Below are positions 37,916-51,598 of a DNA stretch of 64,000 nt, in pieces. Made by a program: the position numbers and the translations under genes. The stretch comes from Camelus ferus (taxonomy: Eukaryota), in assembly GCF_009834535.1 (NCBI RefSeq), contig NC_045696.1:20462001-20526000 (forward strand), written 5' to 3'. A model generated the notes under the pieces. The model was not told where the DNA came from. It did no database searches and saw nothing but the letters and a program-made list of their open reading frames with translations. How positions within the stretch are numbered: the stretch's first letter is position 1; each line of letters starts with the position of its first letter.

Positions 37916-38101
37916 TTCTTTCTTTTATTTATTTTTTGGGGGGATTTTGATTTTTTTTAATTTTTAAAGATGTTTAATATTTTTATTGATTTATAATCAT
38001 TTTCAATGTTGTGTCAAATTCCAAATTCTAAATTGTAGAGCACAATTTTTCAGTTATACATGAACATATATATATTCATTGTCACAGTTTTTTCTCTGTG
38101 A
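37916..38101 (-). mobile_element. Short young L1 3'-end insertion (camelid-type)
   Basis: Perfect 13-bp TSD AGAGTTGATTTCT (37903-37915; 38102-38114). CAGTTATACATGAACAT is shared with the reverse complement of the L1 at 24017-24033. Confidence 0.9.
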
Positions 38102-38439
38102 AGAGTTGATTTCTAGATGGCCAAATTGATTTGAGTCAAAGAGAATGTCATAATGAAAATCCAATGGCCTGGTTCTAAGCATGTAAAGAGGACTAAACTC
38201 TCACAAGGGGATTAATACAATTAAAGAGGCAAAGTGAACATAAAATCTGAATTTTATGAAGAAACATACAGTAAACATGTCTTTCTAGATCAGGCACCAA
38301 ACACATAACAGTTTTGTCTCATATGCGAGCCACCATACTCAGTCTGGTCAAGAAAAGTGAAGAAAGATGTCCATATAACTAAGATTCATTGTGTAAGTTC
38401 TGGTGACAGGTACTAAGGCCAGGTGTGGAGGACTGAAGA

Positions 38440-38700
38440 ACAGGAATTTCACCTCATTTAAAGTAAAGGCAATGGCTTTCAAGGACCTGCGGACTTTATC
38501 TCCTCGGTCTCCACTTCTATAATTTTCTCCCCTCTGTACCAAGAGTACTGGCCTTCTTGCTATTCTTCAATGTTTCAAGAACAGTTTCAATTATAGACCT
38601 TTGACCTTTCTATTCCTTTCCCCAGAATGCATTCCCAAATGATACACACAGCTCGCATCCTTAAATCCTGAAGTGTCTGTTTAAATGTCACCATTACAGT
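38440..38700 (+). mobile_element. L2 remnant
   Basis: ACTGGCCTTCTTGCTATTCTTCAA, TTCTATTCCTTTCCCCAGAATGC, TTAAATGTCACC. Confidence 0.6.
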
Positions 38701-39059
38701 GATGATACCATAAAGATACCATTGAGTCAAATTATAATCCAAAATAAAAGACTATTGATTCATATTATATTTTATGTAAATAAGATATAGATCTTTTGTT
38801 AAGCCATTGAAATTTTAGGGTTGAACTAAATGTCCTATATGTCCTAATATTGTCTCTCTCCTTCCTTCCTTTCAAACAGTAAGGCATAGTACAAAAAAGG
38901 CTGAGGCCAACCAATACAAGAACTGATTTTTAGTTCAGTTTCTCTAATAGAAATACTCTACATCTTGTCAAGATATTGAATTCATTTCAAAGACATTTCA
39001 ATTCTCTGGGAAATGCAGAATTATATAATATTTGAAAAATGTGCTTTCATAGGCATATA

Positions 39060-39245
39060 GACAAGGGTTTGATTTGTGGATATTTTTACTACCTTCCTCT
39101 CTGAGGAAGGCTTAAGATCACTTGAGAGCTCAGTTTTCACATTTATGTAATTGGGCTAATAACCCTTGGTGGAAATGAAGTAAGACGGTATTTGCAAAAC
39201 TCTGAACATAGTGTCTGGTATATACTGTAACTAAATTACATGTTT
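39060..39245 (+). mobile_element. MIR remnant
   Basis: CTCAGTTTTCACATTTATGTAATTGGGCTAATAA and AACATAGTGTCTGGTATATA. Confidence 0.6.
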
Positions 39246-39774
39246 TCATGGTGTTTCATAGAATTATAAAGTAATGTCAATACTAAAATGAAAATAAGTA
39301 TATATCCTATACTTATAGGAGTATTATGAATAGCAAATTATATATTTGAAAGCACTCTCAAATGTATATAAAATGTTGTGCATTTTAAAAGATATCCTTT
39401 GGAGTTTTGCCTGAATATTGAAATGAAACTTGGTGGTCAATTTTCTGACCACATATGTAAACATATTTTTTATGGTGTTCACATCCTCTCAGATATATTC
39501 ATTATACTTCCTCTCAGGTATATTCATTATTAAAGGAATTCCTTATCAATGAATCAAAAATATTCATTATTTGGTAAAAGTAAGTTATTTTCAAACTGAC
39601 TATGGAAACCTAGAACTTGAGGGGAGTGCTACCTGACTAATTTGTGTCATATATGCTTGTATGGAGAAAAGGCAGGATTCTATACCCATTTCTTTATTCA
39701 ATCAGAGATGTTCTACTTTTGTTTTGTGTTAGTATAATTTTTAATTAAAAAAAACTTCAGATAGAATAAATTTG

Positions 39775-41995
39775 AGGTTCCACCTTTCAGTAATGACAGA
39801 AAAACATGTATAGACAAACTTTCCTGTAGAAAGTACCTATAAAATCTGTATATAATATTTTTAAAAATATTGTAAGTGAGTATCAACCTAAAACAGGGAG
39901 AATCTTGAGAAGGGTGACCCTTGGAAGATAAGAAGTATGTGAAGTGAGATTTACATGCTTTAAGGATTTTGCTGAAGGGTACTTTTCAATCTCTGTGGTG
40001 CAGGAGACATGAGCTTAGCATGCAGAGTTTGAGACTGGCATATTGGTTGGGAAATTAGGGGGAAAGATCCAGAGAAGGAAGGAATTGATATGGAATGAGG
40101 GCCAAATTCTATATATAAATATATACAAAATTCATGGTTAAACACTGATCTAAGCAAACATTTATGAGATACTAAAGAACCTGGCAAATAAAGCAGTTAG
40201 AAATTGGAAGGATTCAGATTTTCGGTGGCTGCCTCTCCTAAAGAAAACAGATTTTAGAGTTTGAGTTTGACCAATTTAAACTTACTGCTTGAACACATAT
40301 GAGTCCTTAGGAGGAAAATAAGTACAATCAGAGCCCTACAACATGTTTTTATTGCCCAACATGCAATTAAAAGTTACTAGACATGTGAAGAATCAGCAGA
40401 ATGTGACTGATACTCAAAGAACAAAGCAGTCAACAGAAATGATTCCCAAGAAGATGTACCATTTGAAATTATCAGAAGAAATGTAAAGCAGCAATTATAA
40501 ATACAGCCAAGGTTCTGATACAAAATCTGGTCACAATGATTGACAATTGGAAAATATGAGCAGTAAAATTGAAGCTATGAAAAAAAAGGAAAATCTGTGA
40601 AAACCAAATTAAACAATATAAGTGAGATGAAAAATTCCCTGATGGGCTAAATAGCAGGGGAAATAAGTCGATGAGCTTGGATATAGATCAATATAATTTA
40701 TTATAATACATACATATATTATAAAAGAAAATAAACAGAAGCTCAACGATTTGCACTGTAATATAAAGGGCAAGAGATTTATAGAATATGTAGGAGACAG
40801 GGAAAATGAAGATGAAGAAAAATTCAATATAATTTTGGACCATATTAAGTGTTCTAAGGTATGTGTATATTCTCAAAAAGAAAGAAGGGAGAATGAGGAA
40901 AAATAATATTTGGAGAAATAGTAGCTAAACATTTTGCAGATCTGATGAAAATCTTCAACTCATGGATCCAAAAAGAATAGTGAACTGCCTGCAGGATAAA
41001 TACAATCATGCCAAAGCACCTTAGAGTCAAAATGACGACATCCAAAAATAAAGAGAAAGTCTTGAAAGAAGCCACAGAAAATTGTTAAATTACATAAAGG
41101 AGAGTAACGATTTGACAGCTGACATCATCAGAAGCAATAGAGGCCATTCTCCATTAAAAGCTACCAAGACTTTTTAGACAATGCTGATTCCACAACAGGT
41201 ACCTGTAAAACACTAGGTGATATTCTGACACCTTGTTTGGGTCAGGAACGTGACAAAAGCCCTGGGAATTATGGGGAGTTCTCAGAAGGATCCAAAAATC
41301 AGCTGGAAGACCTCTCACTAATCCTATGAAGGACAATTTATTGTCCCATAGAATAGAATACAAATGTATAAATTGATATTAATATACATATAGAGAATTA
41401 AAATCCTTTAGAGCAGAATTTCAACTAAAAATATACTTATAAATATAGTAAAAAAAAATCTAAATTTAGTAATGAAGGAGTTAGAAATCAATAATTATTA
41501 GACTGGTTAGGTGAAATTTGACAATGAACAAGATAGTTATATAGTTGTTAAAGGTATTCCACAAATTTAAAAATTATTAAGAGAAAAATAGTAACTTTAT
41601 AGTGGAGAAATATGGCCAATACCATCTTAATCAGGTCACCAATCTTAACCTAATCTAACATCACTAACAGTAGAACAAAGCATTATCATGTTCTTCCTAA
41701 AACAATAACCTGAAAAAGATAAACTTCACTTCAGTAATAGTCCTGCTACCTCATACACATGCATGAACACCAAAACCTGCATTAAATACAAGGAAACAGC
41801 AGACAAATCCAAAGTACCTGGCCTATTCTTCAAAATATTCTCAAGAAAGAAAAGACTGAGGAACAGTTCCAGTTAATAAAGAGGCATAAACAGGGAAGTG
41901 CAATGCATGACTCCATGTGGGATCACGGATGGGAGATGACAGCTATCGAGGATAATGTTGGGACAATTGATAAGAGTTGAATGTGGGCTGCAGAT
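39775..41995 (+). mobile_element. Ancient L1 (L1ME/L1MC4-like or HAL1) 5' UTR/ORF1 and 3' UTR remnants
   Basis: A-rich ORF1-like words (AAAATAATATTTGGAGAAATAGTAGCTAAAC, AAGAGAAAGTCTTGAAAGAAGCCA) and 3' UTR-like AGTAACTTTATAGTGGAGAAA. Confidence 0.62.
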
Positions 41996-41997
41996 CA

Positions 41998-42215
41998 AGC
42001 CTGGGATACTGTGACAGGAAGGAGCCACTTATCTTGGGCACAGAATTTACGGTGACACAAAAAAACTCAGTAATCAAAATAAATAGTATTTGAATGTAGT
42101 ATTTAAAAAATAAAGTTTAAAGCAAAAAATCCATGATGAACAGGACAAAATTTTAAATAACAAAATTATTTCTGATGTTTTCCTTCTACTTGGGCTCCAG
42201 TGTGACTAAGTAAAC
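41998..42215. mobile_element. MER53-like hAT MITE nested in the L1 remnant
   Basis: AAAAAACTCAGTAATCAAAATAAATAGTATTT...GCAAAAAATCCATGATGAACA...AAAATTTTAAATAA matches the recalled MER53 core. Confidence 0.65.
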
Positions 42216-42521
42216 ACTGACAGTATCCATGTTAAAGTGCCTGATTTTGTCAGCTGTTCCATATTTAAGAAAATACATGTTTCGTTCAAGATCATTCAGT
42301 AAGTGGTATAGTTGGTCTCAAAGCCTCGTGTGTTTGACTGCAAACAATACCTTTGCTCCAGTGTGCCTTAGTTCTGGATACATGGTACACTTGTCTGAGG
42401 ACTTTCTCCTTCTTCTGTACACAAGAATGAGGTCAAGGAATAAAAAAAAAAGAAGAGTGAGAGTGAGTTTACAAAATATGTAGTGAAAAAAATTGGGGTA
42501 AAGTGTCATGACATCTCTTCC

Positions 42522-42981
42522 TGGGGAAGGACTGAAAATGACCCCCAAAGATGTATTAAATTCCTAAATATTTAGAACATTGAAATATTACCTTATATGA
42601 CAAATAATGTGATTAAATTAACATCTAGAGAGAAAGAGGATATCCTGGCTTGCCCGAATGGGTCCTAAATGCAAGCATGTGTATCCTTATAAGAGAGAGC
42701 CGGATAAGAGTTTTAGGAAAGAAGCTGCAGCAGCAATGTGACTAAGGCGGCAGAGACTGGAGTGATGCTATGACAAGGCAGGGACTGCTGGCAGCCACCA
42801 CAAGCTACAGGAAGCAGTGGATGGATTCTCCTCTAGAATTCCTGTAGGGGACACAATACCACTGAGAATCTGATTTTGAACTTCTATCCTCCAGAACCGT
42901 GAGAGAATAAATGTCTATTATTATTTTGAGTTTTAAACCACTAGGTGGTAATTTACTATGGCGATCACAAGAAACTAATAT
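42522..42981 (+). mobile_element. MLT1 (MaLR) solo LTR, MLT1C-like
   Basis: CCCCCAAAGATGT, GGCAGAGACTGGAGTGATGC, CCTCCAGAACCGTGAGAGAATAAAT and end GAAACTAATATA. Confidence 0.88.
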
Positions 42982-43254
42982 ACTTAAACAGCATTGGGGT
43001 GGTGATTGATAGATGATAGATACGTGATTGACAGATAATTAGAGGAGGAGTAGAGAATAAGAAGAGGGAGAGAGAATATAACTGAAATGGGTACAATGGC
43101 AAACAACTGTTGAACATCAGTAGAGAGTATATGAAATTTCCTTGAACTATTTGCACCATATCTGTATGTTTGATACATCAGAATCAATTTACCACAATCA
43201 ATTAGAAAGCTGCTGATATGTATTATTTTCCTGTCATATAAAACTACATACAAA

Positions 43255-43690
43255 AAAACCATAGAACCTTGGTGGCACAGAATAAGAAGTGTGCATTTCT
43301 TGTGTGTATGGGGCCATCTAGGATTGTTAAGCCATCTCTGTCTTGTCTGGATGCACTCACATGTCTAGACGTGTCTGGGAATCAGCTGGTTTGCCATGAT
43401 TTTGGCTAGTTTTGTCTGGGATTCCACACGCCCCTCATCCTCCAATAGGTTGGTTACCCTGTCATGCTCTCAGTGCAATCACAGAAACATAAACCAAACA
43501 TAAGAACTTAAGGTTTCTTTAGGGCTCAGTTTGGAAAAGACATGCTATCATTTCTTCTTTAGAGTATTGAACAACCAAGTTGTACAACCAAACCTAGAGT
43601 CAGAAAGGGCAATACCAAGAAACAAAGCAAAGGGCTTAGCTACAGGGAGGAGTGAAGAACCGGGGTCTTTGATACAATGTAATTTATCAG
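43255..43690 (-). mobile_element. Degenerate MLT1 LTR
   Basis: GCACTCACATGTCT, CCCTCATCCTCCA, GGCTCAGTTTGG...CATTTC, ACAGGGAGGAGTGAAGAAC. Confidence 0.55.
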
Positions 43691-44739
43691 GTTTGGTAAG
43701 AAGAGACACCATTTTGTCTGTCTTGTTCTAATCAGTCAAATGGACATTCTTCCTGCCAATATGTCTCCGAAATATACCTGACACTGTGAGCAGCAAGACA
43801 TTTCCATCTGTGTTACAAATAGTTGTCAAAGTTAGATGTACACAAATTCCATGAAAAACTTATTTTATTCCTATGTCCAATTACCCTTCTTTTTATCTCT
43901 GGGTTTCTGAGTCATTATATGAATAATAGATTATTAAGAATGATTTTAAAGGCTTAGTCAAGCACCTTGGTCACTAGAGAAAGGAAATTATTAAGATAAT
44001 ACTGTGGCTCAAGTGTCTTCCAACACTTCCCTCTTTCAGTTTGCCTGGCAATTAAGAATTGGATCACAGGCTTTTTTGTAAGTGGCACAGCTGTGAAGTT
44101 AGAACATTGTGCCTCTCAGAAAACAACTGACAAAACAACAGTAAGGATATTACACCAACTTCAAGTGTCTACGGCAGAAACTGAGCACTAGAGTTAGAAA
44201 AGGAAACAGGAAAGAATCCTGTAAAGTGATGGTCCTTAAAATAAGAGGCAATAAACATTGTTTTTCAACAAAACTTAAAGAGTAAAATTGATTATAGAAT
44301 TTTACAATTATTTTCAAAGTTTTCTGTTACATAATAAGTAATCTAATCATCCCTAAAGCCTTACAATAAAAAGCACTCAGGCCACTGAAGCAGAAAAAGC
44401 TTTGATCTGCAGTTCCAAGAAGCACTCCGTTTAAACTTAAGCTTCCCTCCACTCTTCTCTTTCTGCAGCATACCTTTATATGTGGAAATGTCATACTTAT
44501 GACTTGCTTTCTTAACATTTCTGTTTTTCACATTGTCTGCTTCCTAAAACATTGATATTTCTTTATATCCCCAAGCCCATCACCTTTCCATGCACTTCTT
44601 TCTCTATCAATACTCCAGTCTGACTCTTACTACTCAGTCACCGCAATTATTGTTCAAGCTTGACATCATTATGAGTGCACTTTTATGAGAATGGAAGTTT
44701 TCGTTTTGTTTTTCTACAGCAATGTTATTTCCTATACAG

Positions 44740-45400
44740 CTTCTGTTATTTTCCTGGAGTAAACAAATTCCTCCCTTAATTTTTTAGTTTTTTATGTACT
44801 TTTTATGGATGTATCTCCAGATTCTGGAGGACAATCCTCCAGTTAATTGATCACAGGGAATAAATAATTTTAATTTCCTTTTTTCTTCCTCTTGAAAAAG
44901 AATTTCCTCAGAATTTCAAGCAGATTGTTTTATGATCTTGAACTTTAGTCTCTCTGTCCAGAGGCTCATTGCTATTCTATTTACTAATCCTTTGCATGTA
45001 ATCCCCCACTGTTTTGGATTCTTTCTGTAAAGGTATGAGATCTTCCTTTACCCATTCCATTTTGAGATTTCACAAAGACATACCTTGGTTTGTCCATGAG
45101 AAATTTTTCTAAATTGTTTGATAATATTCCTCCTCTCATTTTCACCAAAGGAGGTCAAGATAAAACTATTATTAGGGCAGTGGACTTTGTAAATCAAATC
45201 ATTGAATTCTTAGTTTTATATTGTGTATGAAACTCTCCATCTTTTACAGATGATTTCTTTACTAGAACTTCCTTGTTATTCTATCCTGAATTGTTCTTTT
45301 TTTGAATTCTTTTTTAATTTCCATTAGTTTTTTTATCTTCTAAATATTTCTTTTATCTTTGTCTCATGGATGAAATTATCTCCCTCAACTTTAAAAAGAA
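44740..45400 (-). mobile_element. Ancient L1/HAL1 ORF1-region remnant
   Basis: T-rich antisense ORF1-like words (TTGAGATTTCACAAAGACATACCTTGG, GATAATATTCCTCCTCTCATTTTC). Confidence 0.45.
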
Positions 45401-45450
45401 GAATACTTTAAGAATTCAGACATAATAAAACTTAAATTTCTTTGAGTTTA

Positions 45451-47787
45451 TTTTTTTAATTGAAGTATAGATAATTTACAATGTTGTGTTAGTTTCTTGT
45501 TCACAACAAAGTTATCCATATACATACATTGTTATTCATACTCTTTTTCCATTATAGTTTATTACAACATACTGAATATATTTCCTTCTGTTATTCAGTA
45601 GTACCTTGTTGTTTATCCATTTTATATATAGTAGTTTGTATCTGCTAATCCCAAACTTCTAATTTATGCCCCTCTACCTTTCCCCTTTGGCAACCATGTT
45701 TGTTTTGTTTTGTTTTGTTTGTTTTACATCTGTGAGTTTGTTTCTGTTTTGTAAATAAGTTCATTTGTATAATATGTTAGATTCCATATATAAATGATAC
45801 CTATGGTATTTGTCTTTCTCTGACTTACTTCACTTAATATGATAATCTCAAATCCATACATGTTGCTCAAGTGGCATTATTTAATTCTTTCTTATGGCTG
45901 AGTAGTATTCCATTCCACAATTTCTTTATCCAGTCATCTGTCAATGACTATTAGTTTGCTTCCATGTCTTGGCTATTGTAAATAGTGCTGCCATGAATAC
46001 TGGGATGCATGTATCTTTTTGAATTAGAGTTTCTTCTTTTCCAGATGTATTCCAAGGAGTAGGATTGCTGGATCATATGATAACTCTATTTTTAGTTTTT
46101 TAAGGGACCTCCACAGTGTTCTCCAGAGTGGCTGTACTAATTTACAGTCCTACAAAAAGTGTAAGAGGGTTCCCTTTTCTCTATACATTCCCCAGAATTT
46201 ATTATTTGTAGACTTTTTGATGATGGCCATTTTGACTGGTGTGAAGTGATATCTCATTGTAGTTTTGCTTTGCATTTCTCTAATGATTAGTGATGTTAAG
46301 CATCTTTTTATGTGCCTATTGGCCATCTGGATGTCTTATTTGGAGAAATGTCTATTTATGTCTTCTGCCCATTTTTTGATTGGGTTGATTGCTTTTTGTT
46401 ATTAAGTTGTATTAGCAGTTTGTATATTTTGGAAATTAAGCTCTTGTTAGTCCCATTGTTTGCAAATATTTTCTCCTAGGCTGTAGGTTGTCTTCCCATT
46501 TTGCTTATGGTTTCCTTTGCTGTGCAAATGTTTATAAGTTTGATTAGACCTCATTTCTTTATTTTTGCTTTTATTTCTACTGCCTTGGGAGACTGATCTA
46601 AGAAAATATTGCTATGATTTATGTCAGGGAATGTTTTGCCTTTGTTCTTTTTTAGGAGTTTTATGGTGTCATGTCTATCATTTTGAGTTTATTTTTGTGT
46701 ATGGTGTTAGGGAGTGTTCTAACTTCATTGATTACATGTGGCCTCTCCAGCTTTCCCTACACTACTTGCTGAAGAGACTGTCTTTTCTTTACTGTATATT
46801 CTTGCCTTCTTTGTTGAAGATTAATTGACCATAGATATGTGGGTTTATTTCTGGGCTGTCTATTCTGTTTCATTGATCCATATGTCTGTTTTTGTGCCAG
46901 TACCACACTGTTTTGATTACTGTAGTTTTGTAGTATTGTCTGAAGTCTGGGAGAGCTGGGCTTCCAGCTTTGTTCTTTTTCCTCAAGAGTGCTTTAGCAT
47001 TTCTGGGTCTTTTATAGTTCCATATAAATTTTAGGATTATTTTTTCTAGTTTTTTTTTTTTACAACAAGATAAGAAAAAAGAAACACATGATCATCTCAA
47101 TAGATGCAGAAAAAGCATTTGCTCAAATTCAACATCCATTCATGATAAAAACTCTTACCAAAGTGGGTACAGAGGGAGCATATTCCAACATAATAGGAGC
47201 TATTTATGAGCAACCTACAGTCAACACAATACTCAATAGTAAAAAGCTGAAAGAGTTCCTGCTGAAATCTAGAACAAGACAAGGATGCTCACTCTCACCA
47301 CTTCTATTCAACATAGTATTGGCAGTCCTCGCCACAGCAATCAGACAAAAAAATCGTTAAAAGGCATCCAAACTGGAAGAGAAGAGATAAAATTGTCATT
47401 ATATGTAGATGACATAATACTATAGATAGAAAACCCTAAAGACTCCACACAAAAACTGCTAGAATTGATAAATGAATTCAGCAAGGTAAAAGGATACAAG
47501 ATTAATATACAGAAATCTGTTGCATTTCTTTACACTAGCAATGAAACATCGGAAAGGGAAAGTTTAAAAAATCCCTTTTAAAATTGCATCAAAAAAAAAA
47601 TACTTAAGAATAAACCTGACCAAGGAGGTGAAAGACATGTGCTGAGAACTATAAAACACTGATAAAGGAAATTAAAGATGATTTAAAGAAATGGAAAGAT
47701 ATCCAGTGTTTTTGGATTAGAAGAATTAATATTATTAAAATGGCCATAATACTCAAAGCAATCTACATTTTTAACATGAAGTCTATT
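45451..47787 (-). mobile_element. LINE-1 with twin-priming 5' inversion
   Basis: Antisense 3' UTR and ORF2 at 45451-47050. Sense ORF2 RT segment at 47065-47773 (ORF 47088-47360: [11 protein letters not shown]...[20 protein letters not shown] at ~47402). TSD TTTGAGTTTA at 45441-45450 and 47788-47797. Confidence 0.93.
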
Positions 47788-48799
47788 TTTGAGTTTAGTT
47801 TTAATTTTTTTTTTCCTGCCTTTGAAATTTGGGCCTTTCTTCAGTGGATAGTGATTACTGAGTGATGAGTCACATTTTTGAATGAGCGAACACAACGTTG
47901 TAAGCTTCATGGGCCTGCAAGAAATTGGCCAAGTAATTAGTCTCAGTGGAGGTTAATTAGGCTGGCACTGTCAACTATTAGAAGGGAAATGCAACTGTTA
48001 GTAGATATAAGACTTTTGCCTTTGGTTAGATGGTTTCACCAGAGAGAAATCTTTCAACTTCTTTCCTTAGGAGAATATGTTTGCTTACAATAACTGGAGT
48101 TTTATCTTTAGAACTCTGTGTGGGAGTGCTTGGTTCTACCTGGTGGGCAGGAGGAGTCTAGTTACATTTTCAACCAATCATCCTTTTCCACATCTTTTTA
48201 TATGATCACATTTCAAGGTACCTTCATTTTCTAAATATTTCTAGGGTTCTTGGGAGATTAATATATTTTCATGAAGATTAGGGACAAGTTTTCTACAGTC
48301 ACTAATTCAGAGAAAGTTCACCTACTTGTTTTCCATATTCTAAAATATTGGCCCTTCTCCATCCTTAGAGTCCAAAGTCCTTTTTTTTTTTTAATCATCT
48401 TACTCTGTCCTTAGTTTAGTTGGAACAGGAGAAAAGTTGGATTAAAACATATCTTTAGTGTATTCTTAGTTGAAACTGTGAAGGCTAATAAAAAATATTT
48501 TTTAAAAAATTAATTCTTTCATCAAATGTATTTAAATATGCAACATGTTAATATGCTAATAATATTTATTAATACAGTTATAATGATCAGTATGAATATT
48601 TAATGTTTATTATTAATATACACTAATGCATTGGTGTAACAGATTTTATAAAGCAAATATTTAACATTTTACATTCTAAGTACTTATCTAGGTAATTGAA
48701 TCACATTGAAGAACAAAACAAAGTACCCAATTATATGTAACTTATATTTTATTGGGGGGGTGGACAGAGTAAAGCAGAAAATAGAGAACATAAGAAATT

Positions 48800-49870
48800 A
48801 CACATTGTGATAGAATATGTTTAAAATTTAGAACAACTGGGAGTTAGGAGTGGACAGTTTCAGTAACAAGTGCCATTATCATATCTGGCCCCATTAAGAA
48901 AACGTTTTGAAAAGTGATTTGAGGGCAGTGGGGGTGCAAGCATTTCAAGAGAGGTCAACCAATGGAAAAGTCATAATGTAGGAGTATGCCTAGCATATTT
49001 AAAACAAGGGTTTCAGAGGGGCTGAAACACTACAGATAAAAGAGAATAGCAAAATATGAAATCAGAAATGAGATTATGTAGAATAGATTTATACTTTGAG
49101 AAAATCAGAAACAATTGTAGAGTTTTGATCATAGTCATGTAATAATCTGACTTAATAATGTTATTCTAGGTGTTGTTATTACAGTGTTCCAGGTGGGAGG
49201 TATGTGACTCAGATCAGGGAGACAACTGTAGAAGCAGTGAGAAGTGTTTAGAATCCAGATATGCACATATATAAAAGTATATCCTGATTAATTGGAAGTA
49301 GGGTTTGATGGGGGGCACAAAGGAGGACTTAGATTTGGAGCTGAAAATATAGAAAAGTGGGATTATAATCAGTGAAATAGACATTTTTTAATCCATGAAA
49401 TAAGGAAGTCTGTATTTAGGTCTAGTTTTACTGGGGAAGATCAGAGTTCAGTTTTAAATGCTGAAATTGAGGTGTCTATCAGTTGTGTAAAATTGGCAGC
49501 CAGACCTAGGAGTCCAGAGTTTGGAAGACTTTTGCAATGGAGATTTATACAAGGAATTACCAGTATTCATACATTATTCAAATGTTATCAATCAGAAAAC
49601 TATAACTCATTTTTAAGAAGATTTCCAAACTGAGTGCAGGAGAAATCCAAAGTTAAAGGCAAAGGGGAAGAATCAACAGAAAAGCCTGAGGGACAACTGG
49701 TTAGGGCTGAGGAAAAGCAAGAGTGCATGCTGCCCTGCAAGCCTTGTGAAAAACAACCGAGAAGGAAGAATTCATCTGTGTTAAGTACAATGAGGGCTGA
49801 AAATTGACTTGGTCACTTTTGATCTGGAAAGGGTAACAGTAAGTGAATGGAACAGAAACCTACGTGGAGG
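48800..49870 (-). mobile_element. L2 remnant
   Basis: GGAGTATGCCTAGCATATTT, GAAGATCAGAGTTCAGTTTT..ATGCTGAAATTGAGGTGTCTAT, AATGAGGGCTGAAAATTGAC. Confidence 0.7.
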
Positions 49871-49924
49871 ATTAAGAAAGAGGGATTATAGAGGAACTTA
49901 TAAAAGTGAGTGGTAACAAAATTT

Positions 49925-50110
49925 TTCAAAGATTGTATTTTTTTCTAATAGCTGTGGATTCATACTCAGTTCTATAAAATACAGAAAGACCCCGTAAATG
50001 CTTCATCCAATTTCTCCCAACATCTTTCATAGCTATAATACAGTATCACAATGATATTGACACTGAGGTAGTGAAGATACAGAACGATTCCACAAAGATT
50101 CACTCTAATG
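49925..50110 (-). mobile_element. Old L1 3'-end fragment (same type as 27945-28100)
   Basis: GGATTCATACTCAGTT...ATACAGAAAGAC...CCAATTTCTCCCAA aligns with 27966-28035. Confidence 0.65.
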
Positions 50111-51598
50111 CCTGTAAAATTCTATTTTCTGTTTTCTCAGGTTAATTGCACTAGATTACTATTATATTTGCTATGATTATCACCTAATGTCTGCTCTGCA
50201 TACTTACGTATGTAGATCACTTTGAAGAATTTGATACATTAAATATCCTTAAAGTACTAAGCTGGGCAAAATGAAAAAGAGAAGATAAATTATACCCATA
50301 TTGACTACTTTTGCTACAAATGAAATATTAAGTTTAAAATGTTTCTTTAGGAAACAATTTTAAGAGTTGCTCAAAATTATGGAGTGAAGTGTTTATTTTT
50401 GAAATGGAGAAATGGTAATCATTATGTATTGAATTTAATTTTCCAAATATCCTTAAAAATTAAATATGATTTTAATCTTTGATAAAACATTTTAAAAACT
50501 AGTATTGCTAGAAAAATAAATTAAAAAAAAAACAAATATAGTAAGATTTTTCAGGTACTTGCAGAAACTCTGAAAACCATTCCATCCCAGTCCATAGAAA
50601 ACATTCTAAATAATATAAATGCAAGGAACATTGTTTTTCATTCATATATTAGAAAACTTGATGACTGGACCATTCAGAAAATTGGCTATTAAACAAATTG
50701 TTTTTTGGCACAATGACCTAAAGCCATTAAGTACAACTGAAAATGTTTGTGTGTGATTGTAATCATAATCCTGTATTTACTTATTCATATAAACTACATT
50801 TATGAAGCATTTATGCTATGATTGCCACAAAGCAAATGATGAAATACAAAAGGAAATTAAGACATATACTTTGTTCCTGGGAGTTATAATCTACCTAGAG
50901 AAAGAGCCATGTTAATTCACAATAAACCTGATATGTACTATAAATGGTAGAAACAAAAGTCAAAAAAAAAAAAAAAAAGACTGGGAGTGAATGGTAGTTT
51001 TGACAAAGGTCACTGTGGAAGACTCACAGTAATGTCTTCTTCTCTGGATGTTGTAAACGGGGATTTGATAGGTAGAAGATCATTGAAAAACTAACCTGGA
51101 GTTGTAAGAGGGCCTGATATCTCAGAATCACATTTTATGTGTGCTTTTTACAGGTATGTATGTGATTTTGTCCTTTAAATGCCTGAGAGGGAATATTCTT
51201 TGGCACAGGAGTCTCTCCAGGTAAGGAGACCAACTTGAGGCAGGATAAGAAGGATAAGGAACGATTCAAGAAATGTTTTTGAGGAAGTAGCCAGCTACGT
51301 ACTCACAAAAGCCATGAGGGATGATGGCGTAGACATGGTTGATTAGAAGAAAAAGGAGAAGGATGAATCCGGGTGTTTTATCTGGTTGTTGGGTTGATTC
51401 TAGATTTCTGAATTGGTTGATTGTTCAGTTTGGTATTATAGCTTGGTATCATTAACTGGAGATGGCATTCAAAGGAAAAGAACAGGTAAAGATTGAGAAT
51501 AGTTTGATACGTCAGTGGGATTCATGTTGGAGATGCCTATAACTGCATCTGCAAGGACTTAAAGAAGGAGGTTAGCTCTGGAAATATAAATTTGGGGT

